Origin: a virus
DNA length: 32,551 nucleotides
Strand: one strand, 5' to 3'
Virus record (IMG/VR): IMGVR_UViG_3300004941_000002
Coordinates: 1-32,551 of that record
The notes below the pieces were generated by a model, which was given only the letters and a program-made list of their open reading frames with translations, did no database searches and was not told the DNA's origin. The position numbers and the translations under genes were made by a program. Shown here in pieces: positions 7,489 to 13,546 of the stretch. Each line of letters starts with the position of its first letter. The stretch's first letter is position 1.

Positions 7489-8246
7489 GCATCGAGATTA
7501 TGAACGCAGTTTGGCGTGAGTCAAAGTCAGATGGCAGAGCCAGACTTGTCCTCTTGGCTATTGCAGACCATCAGGGAGAAATTGGGGCATGGCCTTCAAT
7601 TGCAACCCTAGCCAAAATGGTAAACGGGTCAGAGCGCAGCGTTCAAAGGGACATAAAATACCTGCAAGCAATCGGTGAGCTAAAGGTCGAGGTGCAGAAC
7701 GCTCCGACTCGCAAACAATACAAGTCGAACCTCTATTGGGTGACTTTGCCAGGGGTGACAAATGGTGCATCAGGGGTGACAGATTCGACACCAGGGGTGA
7801 CAAATGAGGCATCCAGGGGTGACACTGTTGGCGTACAAAACCTTAATAGAACCATTATTAAAAGAGAGAGGCAAGAAACTCTCCTCCCGAGCGATTGGAA
7901 ACCTAGTCAACAGCTACTTGAGATGTTCAACAGCAAGTGGCCTTTGCTTGACCCCGAATACAACATTGAGCAATTCCTTTTGCACTTCCAAAGCGTGAAC
8001 TCACGCAAAAAGGATTGGGATAAAACATTCATGACTTGGATGAACAAGGAGCAGAAATACCACGAGAGCCGAGGTAACAAACCACAGCCAAGGTCAGCAT
8101 CGGGAGTAAGCAAGTCAGAGATTGAGCGCAAGAACGCAACAGAGTTTCTTAGGGAGCAAGAAGAACTGGCTGCAAAGGCATCGCCTCCTCCTAAATGCCC
8201 TCACGGTGAGTCGATTGCGAGGTGTGTCAAATGCCTGAGGTCGTAA
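7485..8246 (+). CDS. Winged-helix replication initiator / origin-binding protein
   Basis: TTG start overlapping the upstream TGA, preceded by AGGAAGGAGG. The N-terminus (RLVLLAIADH...WPSIATLAKMVNGSERSVQRDIKYLQAIGEL) is a typical HTH replication/primosome-type domain. The gene contains four phased iterons. Confidence 0.65.
   Translation: MSIEIMNAVWRESKSDGRARLVLLAIADHQGEIGAWPSIATLAKMVNGSERSVQRDIKYLQAIGELKVEVQNAPTRKQYKSNLYWVTLPGVTNGASGVTDSTPGVTNEASRGDTVGVQNLNRTIIKRERQETLLPSDWKPSQQLLEMFNSKWPLLDPEYNIEQFLLHFQSVNSRKKDWDKTFMTWMNKEQKYHESRGNKPQPRSASGVSKSEIERKNATEFLREQEELAAKASPPPKCPHGESIARCVKCLRS
7749..7824. repeat. Four 12-bp iterons (C/T)CAGGGGTGACA spaced 21-22 bp apart; candidate replication origin
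   Basis: Copies at 7749, 7770, 7791 and 7813. They are followed by an AT-rich stretch at about 7835..7870 (acaaaaccttaatagaaccattattaaaagagagag). Confidence 0.7.
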
Positions 8247-8506
8247 CACAATGTCGGAAGTGTGGGATAACTTGGGTAGAGTCAACATCCCGAAAGAACT
8301 CCGAGCTTTGCCAAAGTTGCAGAGCAAGGAAGATGCAAAAAATAGACGGGTGCATAGTCTGGCACGGTCACTTTGACAATGACATGGTGACTCCAGTCGA
8401 CGACGAAGGCAACATCGTGTTGCAAGGAAAGCGTCGGTGTGGGAAGCTAGACTGCGTAAACCCGTCACACATAGAAAGAGAAGGAAATGGCAAAGATACA
8501 AATTGA
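8231..8506 (+). CDS. Cys-rich zinc-ribbon protein with CxNPxH-type motif (possible HNH-related DNA-binding protein)
   Basis: CRKCG...CQSC pair plus CGKLDCVNPSHI. ATG at 8231, or GTG at 8222. Confidence 0.5.
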   Translation: MPEVVTQCRKCGITWVESTSRKNSELCQSCRARKMQKIDGCIVWHGHFDNDMVTPVDDEGNIVLQGKRRCGKLDCVNPSHIEREGNGKDTN

Positions 8507-8762
8507 GACCGCTGAGGTTTTCAAAATCATCGAGGGCTACGGCTTCCGAGCAGTCGAGAATTTCAAGCTCCGCAACGGTGAGGACGCAAAGCGTTACTAC
8601 ACCATCTGGACTGACCAGAAGGTTCAAGAAGGCGATGTCGTGTCAATCGAAGGCGACCTCTCGGTCAAGGTCGAGGAATACACTGGCAAGGACAACCAAC
8701 CAAAGACCTCCGCTGCGGTTCATGTGAACAACGCACGGATAACCGCTGACGCTCCGTTCTAA
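8487..8762 (+). CDS. Short OB-fold single-stranded DNA-binding-like protein
   Basis: 91 aa, beta-rich. It ends in ...DAPF, resembling the acidic D-x-P-F SSB tail. It sits within the replication module. Confidence 0.45.
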   Translation: MAKIQIETAEVFKIIEGYGFRAVENFKLRNGEDAKRYYTIWTDQKVQEGDVVSIEGDLSVKVEEYTGKDNQPKTSAAVHVNNARITADAPF

Positions 8763-8771
8763 GATAGAAGG

Positions 8772-9173
8772 GTGATTCGGCTCAATGTCATTGGCAGACC
8801 TACCCCGCAAGGTTCAAAGCGGGTGTTCAATGGCAGGTTGGTCGAAGCACAGTCAGCCAATCTGAAGAAGTGGCGTAAGGCAATCGAAGAAGCCTGCCAG
8901 CCATACTCAGAGGAGAACATCCATCTCGGACCCGTAAGGCTCGAGGTGGATTTCTTTTTGGAAAGACCTAAGACAGTAAAGAGGAGTCGTCGGGAGAGAC
9001 CAATCGTTCCTCCCGACCTTTGACTTGACAAATTGCTAAGAGGTGTCGGGGACGGCATCGGTCAGTCAGGAATGATTTGGGGTGATGACTCTCAGGTGGT
9101 TGAGATAGTCGCTCGCAAGCACTACGCCGACGAGCGTGAGCCAGGGGCCGAAATCGTCATCCACTTCCTGTAA
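8772..9173 (+). pseudogene. rusA: RusA-family Holliday junction resolvase interrupted by an in-frame TGA at 9021..9023
   Basis: GTG start. The N-terminus VIGRPTPQGSKR and the region after the stop (LDKLLRGVGDGI...WGDDSQVVEI) are both RusA-like and lie in the same frame. Deleting 9021..9026 (TGACTT) restores the catalytic-type motif PDLDKLL. The track ORF ends at 9023. Confidence 0.7.
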
Positions 9174-9203
9174 TTTTCGTTACCTTTTTGTTACATAAAA
9201 AGA

Positions 9204-9243
9204 TTGAAAAATAGTTGCATAGTGTTGCCTAATGTGTCATACT
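9204..9243 (+). promoter_or_regulatory. Promoter-like element A: phased TTG(A/C) boxes, -35 TTGCAT, 17-nt spacer, -10 CATACT
   Basis: TTGAAA 9204, TTGCAT 9215, TTGCCT 9225, CATACT 9238..9243. About 75 percent identical by eye to the element at 20591..20630, and followed by the same ACAACAAGGAAAGG leader. Confidence 0.55.
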
Positions 9244-9270
9244 TGTATCACAACAAGGAAAGGAAACAAA

Positions 9271-9474
9271 ATGATTGCAACTTACAGCAACACACAGGGC
9301 AACCGACTGCTAAAGGTCTACGGCCCACTAAACGGAATCTCAACAACTCACTACGAGGCAGAGCTTTTCATTGACGGCGTAAGTCAAGGGCTGGAGGCTA
9401 TTACTACAGCTCAGGTCAAGCACCGTTACCCAGTATTTGTCGGAGCAGAACTAAAAAAGGTGCTGACAATCTAA
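9271..9474 (+). CDS. Hypothetical protein (67 aa), first gene after promoter element A
   Basis: ATG at 9271 with a GGAAAGGAAA Shine-Dalgarno sequence. The track start at 9232 lies inside the promoter-like element. Confidence 0.6.
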   Translation: MIATYSNTQGNRLLKVYGPLNGISTTHYEAELFIDGVSQGLEAITTAQVKHRYPVFVGAELKKVLTI

Positions 9475-9599
9475 TGAGACTTTGGTATTCAATCCGTCGA
9501 CCTATCGGCTACCTACTACTCGGACTACTTGTGTGGTTCGCACTCGGGGTCATTCACGGACTACCGTTTCTATTCGCCGACATAATTCTGGGGAGGTGA
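9474..9599 (+). CDS. Small hydrophobic peptide (41 aa), not in the ORF track
   Basis: The ATG overlaps the upstream TAA (TAATG) and the stop overlaps the downstream GTG (GTGA). The product MRLWYSIRRPIGYLLLGLLVWFALGVIHGLPFLFADIILGR is one TM-like segment. Confidence 0.45.
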   Translation: MRLWYSIRRPIGYLLLGLLVWFALGVIHGLPFLFADIILGR

Positions 9600-9772
9600 A
9601 ATTGAATCTATACACCGTAAAGGAAGCAGCAGAGATGCTGTCCGTGCATCCCAATACAATTCGCAAGTGGGTGCAGAGCGGGAAACTCCCCGCACAACGC
9701 TTTGGTCAAAGGACCATTCGTATCAACCTAAGTGACATACAAGGAAGGAAAGAAAATGAGCAAACTAACTGA
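9596..9772 (+). CDS. Excisionase/MerR-like helix-turn-helix DNA-binding protein
   Basis: LYTVKEAAEMLSVHPNTIRKWVQSGKLPAQRFGQRTIRI is a typical Xis-type HTH. Start is GTG 9596 (GTGA coupling) or TTG 9602. The N-terminal extension in the track ORF (from 9482) has non-protein-like composition. Confidence 0.7.
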   Translation: MKLNLYTVKEAAEMLSVHPNTIRKWVQSGKLPAQRFGQRTIRINLSDIQGRKENEQTN

Positions 9773-9962
9773 CGAGCTGCGTCAAAGAGTTAGCCTCAAC
9801 CTCGACGCACTAGAGATGGCAGCGTTCAACTCTGGCTTTGAGGCAGCAGTAAACGGCATTGACGAAATCTCAAACGCAAAGCACAACCAAGGTGACAGCA
9901 TCGCTGCCGAGGTATTGCGATGGGTCTCACTAGAGCTACGAGGAGAGAACATTGAATCTTAA
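9756..9962 (+). CDS. Hypothetical protein (68 aa)
   Basis: ATG at 9756 preceded by AGGAAGGAAAG. No motif recognised. Confidence 0.55.
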   Translation: MSKLTDELRQRVSLNLDALEMAAFNSGFEAAVNGIDEISNAKHNQGDSIAAEVLRWVSLELRGENIES

Positions 9963-10209
9963 AGAAGTCCTCTCAGAAATCAAGTACCAGATTGCGGACA
10001 AGTTGTTTTGCAAGGAAATGGACGAAGCCTACTCAATGGGTATCCGTGCAGGTGCAGAGTTCGCAACTCGCAAGCTGTCGTTTGAGGTCAGCCTGAAGCG
10101 ACAACTCAAGCTCACCAAGACCGAGGAGCGTGGCTACGACTACGCCATTGACGCAATCAAGCGGGTCAAGCCTGAGATTGCTGTTACGACAGGAGCGATA
10201 GTTGACTAA
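9952..10209 (+). CDS. Hypothetical protein (85 aa)
   Basis: TTG start overlapping the upstream gene end. No motif recognised. Confidence 0.5.
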   Translation: MNLKEVLSEIKYQIADKLFCKEMDEAYSMGIRAGAEFATRKLSFEVSLKRQLKLTKTEERGYDYAIDAIKRVKPEIAVTTGAIVD

Positions 10210-10213
10210 CCCA

Positions 10214-10522
10214 ATGAAGATTACGGTTTGGGAAAAGCCAAACTGCGTTCAATGTATGCAGACCAAGAGAGTCATGGACCAAGAGGGCATCCAGTACGAG
10301 ACCCGACGACTTGACAGGTCCTCAAAAGCAGTCGAGAGGTTCAAAGAGATGGGACTTATGGCTGCACCGATTGTCGAGACTGACACTAAGCGTTGGTCAG
10401 GGTTTCGAGTAGAGAAGATTCGTAGCCTAGCCAACCACCTTCGAACCGAGCGTATGCACGGCAAGAATGTTCCACTAGAACCAATTACACAAATAGCAGA
10501 TGAGGTAGAGGACGATGAGTGA
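10214..10522 (+). CDS. nrdH: NrdH-like glutaredoxin/thioredoxin-fold redoxin
   Basis: KITVWEKPNCVQCMQTKR has the CVQC active site, and WSGFRVEKI matches the NrdH WSGFRP-type motif. Confidence 0.8.
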   Translation: MKITVWEKPNCVQCMQTKRVMDQEGIQYETRRLDRSSKAVERFKEMGLMAAPIVETDTKRWSGFRVEKIRSLANHLRTERMHGKNVPLEPITQIADEVEDDE

Positions 10523-10724
10523 CCTACATGACCTAATTGCCAGGGCAAGTGTCTTGGCTTATCAACAAGGAAGAAAAGACGAGAGGATAAACATCCTCAA
10601 GCTCGCTGATGAAGCAGCAGTCCGCAACGACAACGGGGACTATGTCTACATAAGCGACCTGAACGACTACATAGACAACGACGAGGAGAAACGAAATGAG
10701 AAAAGAAATTCGCAAAAGGACTAG
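10515..10724 (+). CDS. Hypothetical acidic protein (69 aa)
   Basis: The ORF overlaps the upstream stop. No motif recognised. Confidence 0.5.
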   Translation: MSDLHDLIARASVLAYQQGRKDERINILKLADEAAVRNDNGDYVYISDLNDYIDNDEEKRNEKRNSQKD

Positions 10725-10932
10725 CGAGAGGCTGTATGCCGATTTTAAACAGGCTGCTGCTCTGCTCGATGACGACAATCTAGTCTGGGACGACAACCTA
10801 GACGCTATCCGTCGTGACCTAGCACGCTACATAAGCGTAAAGGCATCACTCGGAGCAGGTAACAACCCGCACCTAATCAACCTCGTTCAGACTCTCATAG
10901 CTGACGAGAACGACATAACGATAGGACTCTAA
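10696..10932 (+). CDS. Hypothetical protein (78 aa)
   Basis: ORF in the gene-dense early region. No motif recognised. Confidence 0.5.
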   Translation: MRKEIRKRTSERLYADFKQAAALLDDDNLVWDDNLDAIRRDLARYISVKASLGAGNNPHLINLVQTLIADENDITIGL

Positions 10933-11162
10933 TGCTTGAGGGACTAGAGCCTCCAACAAACAAGTCTGTCTATTGCAAGGTAGACCAGATGAAGGACACA
11001 CTCTCTGCCGACGACTACGCAATCTTCATTGCAGCAGTCGACGACAAGGACAGATGGCCTGCCAAAACTCTTACCAATGCCCTAAGGCAACGGGGCGTTT
11101 CGATAGCCGACACGACTCTTTCGAAGCACCGCCAGCGAGCGTGTGCTTGCTACAGAGGTTAG
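10932..11162 (+). CDS. Small putative HTH DNA-binding protein
   Basis: TAATG coupling with the upstream gene. The segment AKTLTNALRQRGVSIADTTLSKHRQ looks like a helix-turn-helix. Confidence 0.45.
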   Translation: MLEGLEPPTNKSVYCKVDQMKDTLSADDYAIFIAAVDDKDRWPAKTLTNALRQRGVSIADTTLSKHRQRACACYRG

Positions 11163-11171
11163 GCTTGAGGG

Positions 11172-12341
11172 ATGCTTGAGGACCTAAACTCACTATCGTC
11201 ACGAGGTAGCGACAGAGTAGCAAAGCCACCTAAGGAAGCTTGGCGACCCCAGCTTGAGCTAGATGCTGACGGTGGCTACTTTGTATCGACACCGAGAAAC
11301 GAAGAAGTCACTAACGCCGAGGACTTGTTAGTTGAGTTCGACCTTGACCCGAAGGACTGGATTGTCGTCTCCGTTCGTCGCTCCAAGTGGGAAGGCGGGC
11401 GTTCAGGTGAATGGCTCAACTCCTACCGAGTCTCACTCAAGCCACGAGGCTTCAAAGGTCAGATGCTTGACCCTACCGAGCTGGAAAAGGAAATCAAGAA
11501 GTGGCGACCACCTCGAGGAGCCAAACCAGCCACAGGTGAGCTCACTGCACTCTACGCAGTAGGCGACACCCAATGGGGTAAGGACGCAGGTGACGGAACC
11601 GAGGGAACCGTTCGTCGTGTTCGCAACGCACTCTCCGAAGCTCTCGCTCGGCAGCAAGAAATAAAAAAGAGGGGGGTAGGCCCGATAGCAATTCCACAAA
11701 TGGGAGACTGCATCGAGGGTGTTGTATCTCAAGGTGGCAAGATAGCGGGAAGGCTAGACCTAGACCTCACCTCACAGATACGAGTAGGACGCAGAGTTCT
11801 CTTAGAGTGGGTCAAGGCGTTCGCTCCCCTAACCAACGAACTCATCATCCCAGTCGTCCCAGGTAACCATGACGAGTCACACCGACAACTCATCACCGAC
11901 CCGATGGACAGCTTTCAGGTAGAGATAGTCGCTCAAGTCCTAGACATCTGTCAGGAGAACCCAGACCTAGCTCATGTCAAAGGACGCTTCCCAGAGCGAG
12001 ACAACTCAACCCTTGCCGTCAACCACTCAGGCACGATGGTCGGTTACGCACACGGACATCAGATGCGAAACCCAGAGAAGTTCCTATCGGGCCACGCCTT
12101 AGGCGACACCGACTTCGGTAGGGCAGAGCTGTATGTCACTGCCCACTATCACCACTACGCTGTCAAGCAGTTCAATCACCGCTTGTGGGTACAGACCCCA
12201 GCACTCGACGGCGGTTCGTTCTGGTTTGCTGACAGAACAGGTATGGGTGGCAGGACACCGACAGGGATTGTCTCGATGGTTGTAGGAGAAGGGTATGACC
12301 CTCGTCGTGACTTGTCCGTGCTAGCGGGAGAGATGCGATGA
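11172..12341 (+). CDS. Calcineurin-like metallophosphoesterase (Mre11/SbcD-type fold), with an N-terminal extension of about 110 aa
   Basis: Ordered motifs AVGDTQWG, MGDCIEG, VPGNHDES, YAHGHQ and TAHYHHY. Confidence 0.7.
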   Translation: MLEDLNSLSSRGSDRVAKPPKEAWRPQLELDADGGYFVSTPRNEEVTNAEDLLVEFDLDPKDWIVVSVRRSKWEGGRSGEWLNSYRVSLKPRGFKGQMLDPTELEKEIKKWRPPRGAKPATGELTALYAVGDTQWGKDAGDGTEGTVRRVRNALSEALARQQEIKKRGVGPIAIPQMGDCIEGVVSQGGKIAGRLDLDLTSQIRVGRRVLLEWVKAFAPLTNELIIPVVPGNHDESHRQLITDPMDSFQVEIVAQVLDICQENPDLAHVKGRFPERDNSTLAVNHSGTMVGYAHGHQMRNPEKFLSGHALGDTDFGRAELYVTAHYHHYAVKQFNHRLWVQTPALDGGSFWFADRTGMGGRTPTGIVSMVVGEGYDPRRDLSVLAGEMR

Positions 12342-12874
12342 ACTGGTCTTACTCGCTTACGGCTCAAGAAGAAGGCATCGCTGCTCGAATAGGTTATGAG
12401 CGACAGGCTCCTATGTATGGCAAGCCAGAGCGCAACAGAAACTACAGCGAAGGCGACATCTGGGAGCAATGGCAACATTCAATAGCAGCAGGCTCGGAGA
12501 TAGCAGCAGCAAGGATGCTTGGCTACCTAGACTTTGAGCCTCATGTCAATACTTTCAAGTCAAGGCAAGACATCCCTAACTACGAGATTCGTTATTGCTT
12601 TACTAAGAAGTCAGAACCGAAGTGGGGCTTGCGTTACCGTCCAGGCGTAGACAAACCAAGCGAGGTTTACATTCTGATTGTCGGAGGACCTGAGTATAAA
12701 ACAAGAAGGACAAAAGAGAATGATTACGCCTCACCTGCGTACCGAGCTATCGGATGGATGTATGGCTTCCAGTGCGACGGTGAACAATACAGAGTGACGG
12801 ATACTTACTACTTAGTCCCATACACAAGCCTCAACGCAATGGAAAACCTACCCGAAGGAGGAGTCCCCTTCTGA
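12338..12874 (+). CDS. Hypothetical protein, possible PD-(D/E)XK-like nuclease
   Basis: ATGA coupling with the upstream gene. GSEIAAARMLG...D...YEIRY loosely resembles a restriction-endonuclease-like core. This is a weak call. Confidence 0.3.
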   Translation: MNWSYSLTAQEEGIAARIGYERQAPMYGKPERNRNYSEGDIWEQWQHSIAAGSEIAAARMLGYLDFEPHVNTFKSRQDIPNYEIRYCFTKKSEPKWGLRYRPGVDKPSEVYILIVGGPEYKTRRTKENDYASPAYRAIGWMYGFQCDGEQYRVTDTYYLVPYTSLNAMENLPEGGVPF

Positions 12875-13053
12875 TGCCTTTGTATAGATACAAGTGTGAG
12901 AACGAGAAGTGCCAACACGAGATGCACGACCTACGAGGTATAGACCATAGAGACATCACCCCTGAGTGCCACCTGTGCGGTAGCCCTACCAGACGCATGA
13001 TGGATGTTGCTTCTGTTTCTTTTATTGGAAAAGGTTTCGCTACAAATGAGTAG
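12874..13053 (+). CDS. FmdB-type zinc-ribbon protein (59 aa), not in the ORF track
   Basis: MPLYRYKCENEKCQHE...CHLCGS has two CxxC pairs. The ATG overlaps the upstream TGA. Confidence 0.65.
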   Translation: MPLYRYKCENEKCQHEMHDLRGIDHRDITPECHLCGSPTRRMMDVASVSFIGKGFATNE

Positions 13054-13381
13054 ATTCCCCCAGCCCTGCGGGGTGTGTGGCAAACTCACGAAAGGTAAAA
13101 GTCTTTGTGAGCCACATGAAAAAGAAGCTAGAGCGAGGAGGGGCCGTAGCCACGACAACGCTTCACGGGTGGCACGGAAGTCAGAACTCTACAACTACGC
13201 CTACCGTCAAGAGGCCAAAAGAATCCGTGACACTGCAACGCACTGCCACATTTGTAAGAGGGCGTTCGTCGAGGGCGACAAGATAGAAGCTGACCATTTG
13301 ATTGCGGGACTTATCGGGGGACCTTTGGCAGCAGCTCACCGACACTGTAACCAGTCGAGAGGCAACAAGCCCATTGCATAG
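13046..13381 (+). CDS. HNH endonuclease (copy 2), packaging-associated position
   Basis: CHICKRAF...EADHLIAG...HRHCNQSRGNK motif. ATG at 13046. It lies upstream of the terminase genes, as in HK97-type cos phages. Confidence 0.8.
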   Translation: MSRFPQPCGVCGKLTKGKSLCEPHEKEARARRGRSHDNASRVARKSELYNYAYRQEAKRIRDTATHCHICKRAFVEGDKIEADHLIAGLIGGPLAAAHRHCNQSRGNKPIA

Positions 13382-13546
13382 CCTTGTAGAAGCCCAAATA
13401 ACGCTTATTACCGCCAGCATAGGGGCATTACCTAGGGGGCGGGGTAAATGCCTAAGAGTTCCGCTACCAACACCCCCCAACCAAGCTCAGCGCACATACC
13501 CGCAAAATTATTGGTTTTCGGTTAGGCTAATTTAGGAAAGGTAATT

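Noticed and set aside
7749-7824. CRISPR-like or coding tandem repeat
   Set aside because: There are only four 12-bp units, with 9-10 bp spacers, lying inside an ORF, and no cas genes. The phasing and the adjacent AT-rich tract fit origin iterons.
8115-8627. 170-aa minus-strand ORF
   Set aside because: It lies entirely antisense to three well-supported + strand genes (initiator, zinc-ribbon, SSB-like). Its product is Cys/Leu/Arg-rich with non-protein-like composition, and it has no start context.
9482-9772. 96-aa track ORF as the full HTH gene
   Set aside because: The HTH domain begins around residue 40. The upstream 38 residues are Arg/Thr-rich. The alternative 41-aa hydrophobic ORF, with stop/start overlaps at both ends, explains the region better.
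9596-9772. Lysogeny module (excisionase implies a temperate phage)
   Set aside because: No integrase, attP-like site, CI-type repressor or divergent immunity region was found anywhere in the closed genome. Xis-type HTH folds are common general DNA-binding regulators.
13382-13546. tRNA or other RNA gene in the larger intergenic gaps (also 20900..21072 and 22240..22441)
   Set aside because: I could not find a cloverleaf-compatible acceptor/T-arm pattern (no GTTCRANNC-type T-loop with matching stems) by eye. A tRNAscan-type search would be needed to exclude it formally.
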